64,000 nucleotides of DNA, taken from positions 23,622,001-23,686,000 of the forward strand of contig OX597823.1 in the NCBI GenBank assembly GCA_951406725.2, read 5' to 3'. Positions 1 to 13,786 of the stretch are shown here, one piece after another. The stretch comes from Octopus vulgaris (lineage: Eukaryota). Positions within the stretch are counted from its first letter, which is position 1; every line of letters starts with the position of its first letter. The notes beneath the pieces were generated by a model. The model made no database searches. It was not told the DNA's origin and worked only from the letters and a program-made list of their open reading frames with translations. The position numbers and the translations under genes are program-made.

Positions 1-1097
1 GAAAAATTGAAAAATTGAAAAATCAGAGTGGCTATGAACCTGGAGACAAGTCTAAACGAAAAAAAAAAATGTTTGAGCTAGACAGGGTAATGAGGGAATA
101 CTGAAAGAATGAGGGACAATACAATGAGATGGAAATTGAAGAATAGAGAAAGAATAAGGATAAGTGCAAGAAAGAAGGTAGTCGTAGCGAGGTTGGACGA
201 TTCACTTAACTTTTAGCCATTCATGATCTGTGCGTATTCTTTAGATATTTTGAAGCGAGTGGGGTTAACGATAAATGCGATCGCTCCTTTATGTATGGCG
301 ATGATGGTTTTGGGGAGGGGGGGGGCATAGAGGACCATGGCGATGATGGTTATGGGAAGGGGGACATAGCGAGAGAGAGATAGGGTTAGTTAGAGAGAGA
401 GGTCAAGGGACACGTGACAATAAGCGGTGTGAGGGAATTTGACTGGGGACGGCATTGTCGATAAATAAACATTAGATAAATAGGTTTGAAAATCAGACAA
501 ATCAGAGGGAATATCATTATTGATAGCTAATATAACACCGTAGCTGAGTAAAGAGGTTCTGTTAATCGTGAGCTAGCAAATGGGTTTGTATGAATCGGGA
601 GACAATACTAAACGAAAAATTGAAAAATTGAAAAATCAGAGTGGCTATGAACCTGGAGACAAGTCTAAACGAAAAAAAAATGTTTGAGCTAGACAGGGTA
701 ATGAGGGAATACTGAAAGAATGAGGGACAATTCAATGAGATGGAAATTGAAGAATAGAGAAAGAATAAGGATAAGTGCAAGAAAGAAGGTAGTCGTAGCG
801 AGGTTGGACGATTCACTTAACTTTTAGCCATTCATGATCTGTGCGTATTCTTTAGATATTTTGAAGCGAGTGGGGTTAACGATAAATGCGATCGCTCCTT
901 TATGTATGGCGATGATGGTTTTGGGGAGGGGGGGGCATAGAGGACCATGGCGATGATGGTTATGGGAAGGGGGGACATAGCGAGAGAGAGATAGGGTTAG
1001 TTAGAGAGAGAGGTCAAGGGACACGTGACAATAAGCGGTGTGAGGGAATTTGACTGGGGACGGCATTGTCGATAAATAAACATTAGATAAATAGGTT
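1..1097. repeat. Near-identical direct repeat (about 1-486 vs 614-1097; period about 613 bp)
   Basis: The sequence gaaaaattgaaaaattgaaaaatcagagtggc...cattagataaataggtt occurs twice, differing mainly in homopolymer lengths and one substitution that I noticed. Confidence 0.9.
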
Positions 1098-2080
1098 GTA
1101 GATATTTAGCTCACTCTGGTTCATGTTAACATCCAGAAACTTGAAAAGCAATTTGAGTGCAGAGAGAATGGTGCTACATCTCAGCAAATTTGTTGATACA
1201 GAAATGAGTTGTGAGCATGGTGCAAATGAATTTGAAAAATCTTGGTATACGCCTGAAAACTGGAGACAGGTTACTGAGAGAGAAAACTTGTCTTAGTGTT
1301 CAAGGTGACTGTAGTCAAGTAATCCTAGGCGATTTCCCATTCTTTGGGGAAATTTTCCTTGTTTGAAATTTTAGTTTCTTTGTCATTTTACTTTTTGCAT
1401 GATCTTTTATGTCATTTTACTCTGTATCTTTATCTTGCATCCCCATCTTTATTGTCTCACCTTAATAATTAATAAAGATATTAATTAATAATTAATATCT
1501 ATTTCATAGATATTTAAAAAATATTAGGTAATTATGTATAAGTACCTGTAACTGAAATTCTGAATAAAATATTTAAAAACCATCTTGTACTTTTTTTAAA
1601 TGATAATTTTGTATACAAAATTATTTTTCAGCTTAAATCACTCTACTCAGAATTAATGTGAATTCTATTACATCATGAGACATGTAATTTTGTCTCAGAG
1701 CTTAGGTTGTAGATAATCCATTTGTACAATGCCCTTCCCATGGAGTCCTTTTGTTTAAGATTGAATGGCCATAGCAATACTTGATATGTTGGTTGACTAC
1801 CTGTTTAAGAAAGTATTGGCCCTACAAAATTGTACCACTAGAAGAAATATGTACAATTGTATTGTCTGCAACCTATATGTTGAGACAAGGTTTCATATAT
1901 GTCTGAATATGTTCTACAATTCACATGAATTCTGATTAGGGTGTCATTTGGTGAAACAATTATTTGTCCATTTACAAAACCACATGTACTACATACTTTG
2001 AAATATTTATGTGTGTGTTTAGATGGGTGGATGAGTATATATACTCGTATAGATTTCTCATTTTCTTTTTCTTTTTGCAG

Positions 2081-2311
2081 CTGGTGAGCCTTTGAAACTT
2101 AAAAAAGTTAGCATACCAGTCCATGATGTTTTAAGACAGTTTAAGAATAAAAACTTGAAGGAGTGTAATGAAAATTGTTATCAATACGCAGAATGCAATT
2201 CTTATGGTTACAATGAGGAAGCTAAGATATGTGTACTTAGTAATGTGACTCAACTGACTCATGAGCTTAAACCTGTCACTGGAAGCTGGGATACATACAT
2301 CATTCACCCCG
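2081..2311 (+). CDS. Exon B1: PAN/Apple-like domain (type B) of repetitive PAN-PAN-Sushi extracellular protein
   Basis: Polypyrimidine tract + ttgcag acceptor, G|gtcagt donor, 231 nt, phase 1-1. Translation GEPLKLKKVSIPVHDVLRQFKNKNLKECNENCYQYAECNSYGYNEEAKICVLSNVTQLTHELKPVTGSWDTYIIHP has the PAN-type C-x3-C-x5-C...C spacing. Three paralogous exons downstream. Confidence 0.9.
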
Positions 2312-2388
2312 GTCAGTACAATATTTCCATTTTATTTATGTGTGCATATGTCTGTGTGTATTTAAATATATGTATATGTGGACATATA

Positions 2389-2429
<41 letters not shown>

Positions 2430-2435
2430 CATACA

Positions 2436-2470
<35 letters not shown>

Positions 2471-2549
2471 TTCTTCCTCTTCCTCCTCCTCCTCCTCCTC
2501 ATCCTCCTCCTCATCCTCCTCATCATCATCCTCATCCTCATCATCAGTG

Positions 2550-3420
2550 TCATCATTTAATGTTTGTTTTCCATGCTGGCATGGGTTGAATAGCTTAACA
2601 GAAGCTGTCCCATATCTTCCTGAGTCTCTCACTTCCACAATTTTCACCTACTGTAAGTGATCGGTACTTTTTTTATGCAATTGTCCTCATCCATAAGCAT
2701 CAAATGACCAAACCAGTGCAGTCTTTTCTGTTGCATACTGTATCTACTTTCTTTTATGCCTAATTTTTCTCTAATACACCAATGCTCAGTCACATATGTA
2801 CACTGAAATTGGACATCCAACAAAGTATATCAGCTTCATTCTTCTATATCTTCACATATTCTCTGCATTTAGGGCCTACACCTCACAACGATATAGCAAT
2901 GCAGTTCATATATATGCATCATACAATTTTCCTTTTCCTCAAGGGGAGAGACCTTTGGTTGTCAACAGATGTTAAAATCTCCTTGAACTTTCACCATCCT
3001 ATTCTTATTCTAGCAATTACATTTTGGTACATCCTCCTCCACTGCTAATTAAGACACCTCAGTAGCAAAAATCATCTATTACTTTCAGGGAGCCTCCAGG
3101 ACATTTGAAGAATTCAGTTTCCTTTGTATCTGTAGTCTTTGTACCTCCTGTACATCTTCTATATAGGAATACTACTTTTTCTGTTAATCTTTCTTCTATT
3201 CCACTGCATCTCTTGTGTATCCATAGCTTGCACTGGATACACCGAGTAAAATTTCTGCCTACACTCTTCCTACATATTCAGCAAAGCCATTTACCTGAAG
3301 GAGGTAGGTTCCTGTCTGATTTCTTGCTTACTTGGACCCTGGTCTTTGCTAAGTGAACTTTAGGACCCTTTGATTCCAGGTTTTCTTTCTTAAACAAGAA
3401 TGTTACTGACAGTAACTTTG
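2550..3420 (-). mobile_element. Decayed RTE-like LINE fragment
   Basis: Reverse complement resembles the RTE-like relic at 52085-53840 (e.g. ...actgcactggtttggtcat..., 3' end ...ccatgccagcatggaaaacaaacattaaatgatga). Boundaries approximate. Confidence 0.6.
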
Positions 3421-4515
3421 ATGTTTCAACCAGATTAACTGACCAAATTTTGAAGTCACAGTCAATAATATTCTTCTTTAAGAATAAAAACTTTGTACTC
3501 TACAAAAGTATTTAGTAACCTATCAAATTAATATAAAGTTGTTTTTATTATAGCTGAACATAAAAACAAACACACACACATACATGATGGCTATCCACTC
3601 ATGACCAAGGAAGACCATTGCTGACCTTCAGGAACATTGTGTGCTCTAGGAGTAGGACTAACTTATATTTTGCATTTGCGGCTCCATTGGTGGCTAATGA
3701 GACCTGTTCTTGTCAAGCATACATGACTGCAAACATTGCAAACCAAGCTTTCTCCATTCACTACACCAGCAGTGTGCTTTCGAGCAGCATGCTTAAATTC
3801 TTCATGCAGAATACATGCTCTCTCAAAGATGTAGACCTCTTCCTTAACCTGCTTCCTTCATCTGTGGCGATGACAGGCATTGTGCCCCCAGTCAGTCTCC
3901 TGCATATTACAGGCCTTTAATGAGGACTTGACACAGTGTATACATATGTACATACATACATACATCTATGTATCTATGTTTCTGGCTGGCTGTATATATG
4001 TATGTATGTGTGTGTGTATCTATACATATATATATATATATCGTCAGTGGATCATATATCTAAAAAAAAAAGCACACTTCTAAAGCATAGAGCAGTAATG
4101 TATTTACATGCAGTTAAATATATGCCCAGTCATAGAGTGACCAATGATTTCGCATTCATAAAGTGCTTAGCTTTATGGACAACCTGTAGAAAACCAATAT
4201 GGTCAGTTAATTTGTAAACAACGAATAAAATACTGCTTGAGGTTTAGCCAGGATGTGTTATCTGCCTTAGACCAGTTCAGTTTTCAAATCTTATGGATTT
4301 AGTGGGTGAACAGGGAATCCCCACCCTTAAGCTCTTTCCAGTCTGCGAGGACTTTTTTTGGCTCTAATTGATGAAAGGGGAATTCCATGCTTGCAGCAGG
4401 TAGCGTTTGAAATAATTTCCCCTACATTTACTCTGTATATCATAACTGGTATTACTACAAAGTATGGTAGTAACCAAACGTCTATATTGGAAGTAGACTA
4501 GATGTTGATAATCTA

Positions 4516-5788
4516 TGAGGGGTGGCTGAAAAGTTCATAGTTTGACCAAAATAGTCTCATGGAATGTGACCAAACGAGGTTTATTTTTCAACATAGTCTC
4601 CCTTGCAGTCCACACACTTCTTCCATCAGTGTTACAGTACTTGAATCCCATTGGTGAAGAAGCTTTCATCCTGTTAGTCAAAAAAGTCATCAGCTGCAGA
4701 TATGATGTTATCCCTGTGATACTTGTTCTCAGCCAAGTGTCTTTTCATGTTGGGGAACAAATGATTGGGTCAAATTAGGGTAATAGGGAGGGTGATTAAC
4801 CAATTCAAAGTCACATTCATGCACAACAGCCTTTGAAACCAAGGGTTTGTGTGCTTGAGCATTGTCCTGCTGAAACAAGATCCCTTTCATGAGTTTTCCT
4901 TGCTGTTTGGTTTTGATAACCTTTTGTAACTGCCTCAGCAAGTTGGCATGGCACTCTCCATTGATAATGTGGCCTTTTTTGAAGATAGTCAAGAAATGCA
5001 ATGCCTTTTGCATTCCAAAAAAACTGAATCCATCACCTTCTCTGCAGATGAAATGACATTGGCTTTTTTTGGAGCAGGCAAGGAGGAGTGTTTCTGCTGC
5101 ATGGATTATCTCTTTGTCACTGGCTCAAAGTGATGAACCCAACACTCATCCTTGATTAGGAAACATTCAAGGAAACCAGCTGAAACTGCCTCACAAAATG
5201 TCAGATTTTCCCATGATGAGATCAGCCTGGTGTGCTTTTTTGATCAGGTGTCAGAAGACATAGCACCCACTTTGCCATGCCAAGTTCACTGTACAGGATA
5301 TTCTCAGTTCTCTCATGGGACATGTTAATAGCCTTGACTATTTGATCTATAGTCAAATGCCTGTCATCCATCCACATGTAATGATCCTGAGAAATGTTTT
5401 CCTCAATGGTGGCAGTTGCTGGGGCGTCCAGACCTCTGGTCATCCTCAAGACTTTCTTTTACATTCCTAAATTCAGCTGCTCACTTTGCACTGTTGCTAA
5501 AGCTGGTGCATCATCACTTAATGGAGCAACCATGTTAGTATGAATGTCTTTGAGTGCTAAACCCTTTTATTGCAGGTACTTGATAATAGTATGATACCAA
5601 TTTTTGTCCATTTTCAAGAGAATTCACTACTAGTTACTTTTGAAATCTTTAAACATCCAGATGTCAGTTTACTTATTAATAACTGCATTGTTTCTTTCAA
5701 GGTAGAGTTGAAATTAATGCATGCAAGATTTCGCAGCTTTGGCATCACTCTTTCATAATCAGCCTATGAACATTTCAGCCCACCCTCA
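4516..5788 (-). mobile_element. Full-length decayed mariner (Tc1/mariner) DNA transposon
   Basis: About 25-bp TIRs (tgaggggtggctgaaaagttcatag / ctatgaacatttcagcccaccctca) flanked by TA, 1273 bp. Broken transposase frames contain QQDNAQAH and HPPYYPNL (DN.R.H and YSPDL-like motifs). Confidence 0.88.
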
Positions 5789-5870
5789 TATGTGAAACTC
5801 TAAACACAACAGTGGCAGTCATCCATCTAACTGTACTCACAAAATATACTCCATACATGCATACATATAT

Positions 5871-5961
<91 letters not shown>

Positions 5962-6131
5962 TACATACATACATGCATACATGTTTATATTTATATTTAT
6001 ATCTGTGTGCAAATGTCTTCACTTTGTTTCAGTCAGTATCTTCTATTCTAAATTCACCATTATCCCCTTCGTTTTCATCCTCTTCCTAGTATATATTCAC
6101 CATTAATATTAATTTCTCTGTTCACTTCCAG

Positions 6132-6302
6132 TATTCGCAGTAATTGACTGTGGACCTCCAAAAGATATTATTGGTGCATCAAAAGCTTACAATACCACCA
6201 CCTATAAATCTGAAGTTATTTATACTTGCCCAGGAAAACATAAGCTTAAGTCGATATGTAAAGAGAACAATAAATGGACTGCTGTAGTGTCCCATTGTAA
6301 AG
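6132..6302 (+). CDS. Exon S1: Sushi/CCP (SCR) domain
   Basis: ttccag acceptor, G|gtaatg donor, 171 nt, phase 1-1. VFAVIDCGPPKDIIGASKAYNTTTYKSEVIYTCPGKHKLKSICKENNKWTAVVSHCK has 4 Cys, C-x-x-P, Y-x-C and W before the last Cys. Not in the ORF track. Confidence 0.9.
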
Positions 6303-7139
6303 GTAATGTAAATAGGTTCTCTCTTGTTCTGTCCATGTAATTTTATTTCTGTTTTTTTGTTAAGAGTCTTTGTTAGAGAAATAATGGTTGTGTCCTTGAT
6401 AGTTTCTTTTATGTTTCTTACTGGTAGAAGGGAGAGATGAGGCTATCCTTTGTCCATAGACCTCCCAAATTCTTGCAACATTGAACTTCATTAAAGCTAT
6501 CGAATGGCCAGGCAATGGTATTAATTCAGGTAATGGATTAAGTCTGCCATCCAAGAACTGGAAGTGTGGAAGCTTGTTTTCTCCAGCAGGATTCTACTAA
6601 ATTTCATCCAGGAGGCTTAGCTACGAAGTAAACTTTTAGTCATACCATCAAAAGTTCACACAATACTACATTCTTCTTAGGTAAATTTATTACCTCCACA
6701 TGTATATCTGAGCTCATCTTGATAATTTTCTTCTCAATTTCTAACTTGATCTTTCTCATGCATACTTTGTGTCATCATCTGAAACTCTGTATACTAAAAT
6801 GCCCTGAGTCCTTCTTTACTAAAACTCAACAATCATCGGAAATCTCTGATGCTATAGTAATTTTCCATTCCACCATCAAAAATTATAATAATACAAATTA
6901 ATATTAATGACTTCTGAAGGGTTTAGTCAATACATCAACTCTAGTACATGACAGTTATTTTATGCTATTCGCTCTCACAAGAATGAAAGGCAAAGTTGAT
7001 AATGACTGGATAATAAACTGTAAACATGAAGAGCCTGAATATATACCATAAAGCATATCTTCCGGTCCTCTAATTAGTATACATGTATACATCTAAAATA
7101 AGGATAGGGACAAGGATACAATGCTCTTTAATGTAGTGT

Positions 7140-7800
7140 GATTGCTATAAGAACCATTTGAAAAACTCCACCATGAAAGATCATCCCAAACTCCAAGGGC
7201 AGATGTCTTCTTCAATTATTGTTCTTTGACCTACAAATTTATGTACAGTGGGCCTCATTTGCTCTTGCCATTTTTGCCACTTCCACTTCATTTTCAGTAA
7301 CATCCTTTCCATCTTCACTTTCATTTGAAGTGAGATATTGACCAAAATGTAAAGTCTCCATTGCCAGAACTTTCAACCGCAACCACCTCACAACCTCTTT
7401 TACTATAGCTATCAGACAGAGAAAAACTACCTTCTTTACTTAAGTTAAAGGAGAATGTGGGACGATCATCATGATGGACTTGACTAATAACCAGATCTGC
7501 CTCACACATGCTATAGCTGCTGTTTGATATAACCCTTCAAATCAGCAATGCATGGACAATGACTGAGTGCATGTAAAATGATTTTGTTGCACTGTGCACA
7601 TCTTGGACAGCTCTGTCTGATGGCTATTCCATGACTGTAGATTTTATCTTGGACCAGTAGACTTTCTTCTAAGAACTCCAGAAAGTTGTCCATAATATTC
7701 CTTGATCAAAAGATATTTGAAACAAACTTGCCATTTTATACTCATCAATGCCCAGAGCAGCCTTGAGAATGTCAGTGCTCTTTCCCCTCCACTAATATTC
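7140..7800 (-). mobile_element. L1/Tx1-like LINE 3' relic (zinc-knuckle region)
   Basis: ORF 7511-7693 contains LLVQDKIYSHG...CPRC...IILHALSHCP, resembling zf-RVT. Boundaries approximate. Confidence 0.5.
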
Positions 7801-9100
7801 TATAAATTGCTACAGTGTAACACCTGTCAATTCCATTACCTAGGTCAGGTTTGATCCAATATACTTAGGATTACATTAGATAATTTGGCCTCTCATTTTT
7901 AAGATAGTGGAGTATGATTGTGTCAAATTTTGTTGATATTTCTAACATGGACATCCAATAAAGGGTATTTTCACAATGGCTGGTCTTAGTAAATTTTGAA
8001 CTTAATAATACAAGCTAAGAAATTAGTTACAGCTTATCCTCTGATATAATCTGTTACCTAATTCAACACTATCACCATGCCCTTCAGGTGGTCATGGTGT
8101 TGATGGTTGACAATACTTGTTCCAATTGTATATTTATTACAATAATAAACACTCACATTGACCCACAAATACTCAGGCTTGGCATAGACTACGTCTATCT
8201 CAGAAGTGTAGAAGTGAGAATGGCCTGAAATATTCATGACATATCTGTTTCTGTTGCGATTAACCTAATAAAAAATGAAGTTACCACCACATTGTAATCA
8301 ATTCTTTATTCGTTGTTAAGACACAAGGTCAAGCTCAATTAGAGAAAGCAGTGAGATTGTTTGATATTTATATCTTTCTCAAGAGCATTAAATGTCTATG
8401 TAAAGTGAACTGAATCAAACTGAGTATCAAACCTCAATCGTTGGCTCACACCATTCTGTCAATATTTACACTAAAAGAGGAACTGGGGAAAAATAGTCAG
8501 GATCACTTCCTACATGGAAAACAAATAACAAAGTAACTACTTACTGAAGATATTATGATTAACTAAAATTTCACCCGTGTTGGATAGTAAAATCATTATG
8601 TTATTGACTTGTTAAAATATGTACAGCAAATGTTTAGATACACACCACAAAGTAGTGTAGCTTAGTGAATGAAATCACGAAAACAGCTATGTTGTCTTAT
8701 TTCTCAGTCTTTGGGCACTCATATTTTACCATGTCTTATTGCAAACCACATTCATGAATAAAGCATCCACTATGTAAAGTAAACACCATCAAATTGTATT
8801 CATAAATTTAGATAACATTGTTTTCACTGTACTGTATTAAAAAATAAAAATTGTTTGTAAGCTTAAAATAGGTTTTTATTAACCATGCATTATTGAAAAT
8901 GCATTCGTAAATAAAGTACAGAACTGGGAATGGTTATTATCGGTTTAGCCTAGAGACAAGTAAATTTGGTGAGCCTAGTCTAGAGACAAGTTAATTCGAC
9001 TTCAGTTGTGTCTCCTGGAACCAACTAATGACGCAGGGTGAGGTATCCTGTCTTATTGTTGTTGTTGTTTTCATTGGTCTAAATTTTACTTTAATTTCAG

Positions 9101-9340
9101 CTTCTCAAATCCATTTTGTGAAAATTAAAGATGCAGCTTTGAAAGTCTTTGGAAAAACATTGTTGGACAAGGGAAATGTAACAACAGAAGTTTGTGCACG
9201 AAAATGTTTGTCTGACGAAAATTGTTTATCATTTGAAATAACTAAAAAAAGAGGAAAATGTTATTTATCAAAAGAAGCTGCAGATTTCTCCAGGAAAATA
9301 AGTAAAGACAAAAGCAGAATTTATTACCAACGAGTAAAAT
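9101..9340 (+). CDS. Exon A1: Lys-rich PAN/Apple-like domain (type A)
   Basis: tttcag acceptor, T|gtaatt donor, 240 nt. ASQIHFVKIKDAALKVFGKTLLDKGNVTTEVCARKCLSDENCLSFEITKKRGKCYLSKEAADFSRKISKDKSRIYYQRVK. Confidence 0.9.
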
Positions 9341-10099
9341 GTAATTATTCTTTGTATTTTATTATTGGATTCTCATAACCATTTTTTCTGAAATTTATAT
9401 TTCCATTTGTATTTCATAGTATATAGACATCAACAAATTTACCTGTAAGGATAGACATAAACATACTTTAGAAATAAGGCATGTTAAGCACTGTAAATAC
9501 TGTTAGAGGATTCTCATACACCTTGAACACTATTATGTATGCTTGCAATCGTGTTTTGTCTCTTATAAGAAAGAAATCCCTTGTCCTTTTTCTTAAATCC
9601 AAACAGTAGTAGTGGTGGTGGTGATATCAATCCCAAAAAGGCAAAAGGCAAAGTTGACACCAGCAGTGTCTCAGCTTAGAATGTAATGAGTTTGAAGAGA
9701 TACCATTATGTGGCATAGCTTATGCACATCATCTTGCCATCATGTCCTTCATAATCTGATATGCAAAATAAGAGAAAAAGTAATACCAATCTATGTAGTT
9801 GTGTATCTCCTATATTTTGTTATGATTATTAGGGATGGATGCCCTTCCTATCACCAACCATTATACGACATGTAGAGATCCTTTTACCCATTCAACTGGA
9901 ATTTTAAAAATTTGTCTGCCTGTAGTGAAGAATCCTCTCAACATAACATAGGTACCTATTCAGAATAGTTCCATGAGTTTAAAAGCAAAACATCCAGCAA
10001 TTTCACTCACTTTGATATAAAGGGATTTTGTCCTTTTCTATCAAAATCTTGAAACCACGAACAACAAGGAAAATTCACTAGATTTAATGATCTCAGTAT

Positions 10100-11100
10100 T
10101 AGAATACTAGGATATCAGTGCTGTTATGATGAATTTTTCTAGGTTGAAAAAAGGTGTGCCAAGCTAAATTCAGAACTTACTGCAATATTTTTCCTGGGCA
10201 CCCTCAATAAATTGAAGGTCATTAGTAGTTTGTGTTTATACAAAAACAATAGCCTAGGAATTTTATGTTGTGAACATCCAAGTCATGAATAGATTTAGGA
10301 AAACTTGACAGTAATCTATAAAAAAATTAATTTAAAAATAATATTATTACCAATTTAACTACATTCAGCTGATGGAATGTTATCTAAGATTTGAAGTTAG
10401 GTATCGGATGGGCTACATTCCAACGGAGAACCTAACAAAGCAAACAGAAACCTTCATAGGAATTTCAAGTTCTACTTTCAAACTATAACCAGAAATTTAA
10501 TAAATGGTATTACTAAAAGAATCTCAAATTTATTCTCAAATGAAGTTATTTTCGACAGCATTTTTTATAGTACAAGGTATTAGCTAAGTTTCAATTTGGA
10601 GAGAAGTGAGCATGAACAGAGCATCCTCCAACTCAAAACCAGAAAGAATTAGAAAGATAATAACTTAATTCTTCCTTCAATCTGAATATTTCCATGAGCA
10701 TAGCAAGGGAGTTTTTATCCATTTGTGAGGCTCACATAAGTACCACAAAATTAGGAATATTCATAGTGTTAAGGTTTGTTAGTCATGTCTGGATGACATA
10801 ATTCTAGTATTATGTTGCAATAAGAAAAGCATACAATTATCTGTAACTATTAAAATCAATCCACCTTTCTATTGAGAGAATTCTGCCTCTCTAAGGCAAC
10901 AGTTTATAAAGCAGTTCTCACTAAACCTGATGGTTCCTGAATGAATTACATTGAACTTGTAGCCAATGGGCTTCAAAGAAAGATTCACTCAGTATTTATA
11001 CTCCTCCAAGTTCATTCTACAAGGTAAAGTTCACGTATCTGTCCTGTTTTATCTGGAGATTTCTGGAACACAACAATGATCTATCAAGCATAACCTTGTA
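10100..11100 (+). mobile_element. Highly decayed Penelope-like element (RT C-terminus + GIY-YIG remnants)
   Basis: Residual frames read NLINGITKRISNLFSNEVIFD, VYKA, FKERF and YLSCFIW, which resemble PLE RT-thumb and GIY-YIG segments. Homologous relic at 33850-34830. Confidence 0.55.
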
Positions 11101-11174
11101 CTTACTTGACTAATCCATAGCCTATTTATCAGTGTCATTTTTTTTAATAAGCTATAAAAAAAAAACTACATACA

Positions 11175-11226
<52 letters not shown>

Positions 11227-12083
11227 GTGTGTGTATATCGTAAAATATAATAGTCAACTAAATGTGGCAGTTCCATAGAGGATGATGCTACTGTTGTTTT
11301 TAGCCCTGGGAGGACATCTCCTTCAGCTGGTTAACGATGGTTAACTGGTTAACTGTGTCTGATAAGTATTTGCGAGGGGAAATCGTTCCCATCTCTAGCC
11401 TTACGTAATACACACAGATCTGGGTTTCTGAGTAGCAACCCATCATCAGTGTGTGATAATCATGAGCTAGTAATGAAAACTCATTCCACACACAAAATAC
11501 TATATGCTTTTTCCAGTGACTAACTGTTGCTGATCTCGGAAAAGGAGAAATAAGTAATATTAAATCTCTAAGCGAGAAGTAAACAGTAGTAGTACAGAAT
11601 CGTAAAATATATTTTACAATCCATCTGCAAAAATATTTTTCAGCATAAGACATGCTTCTCAGAATAAACTCTAGTACATCTAGTACACACTTGCAACCTC
11701 CCCTCATTGTTTAGGTTTAGATAATCACTTTATATAACCCTCTTCTGATGGTGTGCTTTTATTTGAGATTAAATGGCAGTAACAAACTTGACTTCTTGGT
11801 TGATCATTTGTTGAATAGCACTTAGATCCTACAAAAGCATACTGTTTGAAAACAGATGTACAAATAGATTATATATAACTTAAGTTTTGAAACAATGCTT
11901 CAAATATGTCTTGTGTTATGACTCACTTAAATTCTAAGTTGCCATTTTGTGAATCAATTATTTGTTTACAACAACTTGTCCACTTAAAACAAATTATGCA
12001 CCAGATGCTATATAATATATCATGTGTATACATTGGAGTATAAAATGTATCTCTTGTTTTGTTTTGTTTTCTTTTCTTTCTAG

Positions 12084-12317
12084 CCGATGATGATATTTTA
12101 AAATTTAAAAGTACTTCCATACCAGGGCATGATACTTTTGAACGAGTGGATAATGTGAGCTTAAAGGAGTGTGATCATGCTTGTCATCAAACTCTAGGAT
12201 GTACCTCTTATGAATATAATGAAAAGCATAAGCTCTGTGATCGAAGTAATGTAACACACATGACGCATGAACTTAAACCCAACATATGGGGTTGGGATAC
12301 TTACATTATTAACCCAG
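12084..12317 (+). CDS. Exon B2: PAN/Apple-like domain (type B)
   Basis: ttctag acceptor, G|gtcagt donor, 234 nt. DDDILKFKSTSIPGHDTFERVDNVSLKECDHACHQTLGCTSYEYNEKHKLCDRSNVTHMTHELKPNIWGWDTYIINP. Confidence 0.9.
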
Positions 12318-12465
12318 GTCAGTAGATATTTTTCTTTTATCTTTTGCTACTGCCCTTGCACTTCTTTCTTCCTTCAGGTAGCATGAAATAGCTCAGATTG
12401 CAATTTTTGCCCACTCATTATCAAAGCTGTAAAATAAAGAATACACTATTGATATATATATGTTA

Positions 12466-13752
12466 CTAGCAGAGATACCCGGCATTGCCTGTGTTACATG
12501 CAATTGAAGAATTAGATTTTTCTGTTATATTTTCTGTAATGAACTGGAATATCTATGTTTCGAATTTCATCAAAATTGCAGATGAGGGTTATTTCCCTCT
12601 TTACCCACCCTACAAAAAATTGTAATTGTGCCACATGTATCCCATACTACTGATTTTTATGTACATATTCCAAAATTCCGGAACCTGTTAAAAAGATTTT
12701 GCTCCTGAAAAATGAAGGTCATGGAGCTCTAAAATGTGAGAGTTAAGGTCCCTGTCGGGGGTGGGCATCTTAATGTCAACCAAAGAAGTTGAATTGTTGA
12801 GAATCTTTTAAACTTGGGTCTTATATCTATTGTTTGAATTTCTTTGAAATAGGAAATATATGTTCGCTGGGTTTGTAAAAGAGAGCAAAGCTACAGGAAG
12901 CCAAAAGATGAATGATCACAATAAGCAGTCAGCTACCCTACCCTATGTAAGATTCCTCACCATCCAGGTTACCACTCCCAATGTAAGATTCCTCACCATC
13001 CAGGTGACAGGCACAGCCGTAAGATGCATTACGAATCTATAGCAATTGGAAGGACGTAACCCAACTGAAATCAACATTAACAACTGTGTGACGTGAGGGC
13101 TTAGGAGAAATTAAAGTGTCACCTCTGGAGTTTGCAAATGACCACGATACTAATACGTAACTGGACAGAATAAATTTACAATCTATAAATGTCTTTGAAT
13201 AACCAGTCACTCATCTGGGAAGGCCTTGAAATCAATGTTACCATCTGAGGACTATGTGTGACCCAGTGATAATAAAAAGACTGAAAGAGGTCTGCAATCA
13301 AATAACTTTATTCAACACTTTGCAACTGAATCATTGACAATTTATGCACCACATTGCAAAAATCCCAATGTGAGTGTATGTCAAAGCAAACTGTAACACT
13401 GTTGTACCATTGAATTACAAATAATGCTCATCTTTTATGCTTGGGTAACCCTACAGCTTCCAAGAGCACAACTGTATTTGTTTTTGCTTAGATAAAATGA
13501 CAAAATTGTGGGTGTTAAGTCCCCATGGAGGGGTCTTTCTAACTTGTAAGATGAAATTTTATAAATATTACTAATATCTATGGTAAAAATTTCCTCAACA
13601 GCAAAAATATATGAATTGTCATGGGGGTTATGGCCCTTATGCATAGAATATAATTTCCAAATTTCATAAAGATCCATTCAGTACTTTTGACGTAGTTTTG
13701 GATCATAAAAGAAATGACTAAAATTTGGGAATTAAGGCCCCCATTAGGGTGT

Positions 13753-13786
<34 letters not shown>

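Noticed and set aside
6141-6302. Alternative in-frame acceptor (cgcag) 9 nt into S1
   Set aside because: All other Sushi exons are 171 nt and align to the 6132 start. Usage cannot be judged without reads.
9028-9100. Hydrophobic 'signal peptide-like' N-termini on the PAN-A ORFs (also 23459, 32572, 55965), suggesting separate small secreted proteins
   Set aside because: These segments are T-rich polypyrimidine tracts ending in a conserved AG at the same position. Three of the four ORFs start at TTG/CTG rather than ATG, and each has a conserved GT donor, so they are better read as internal exons. RNA data would be needed to exclude alternative starts fully.
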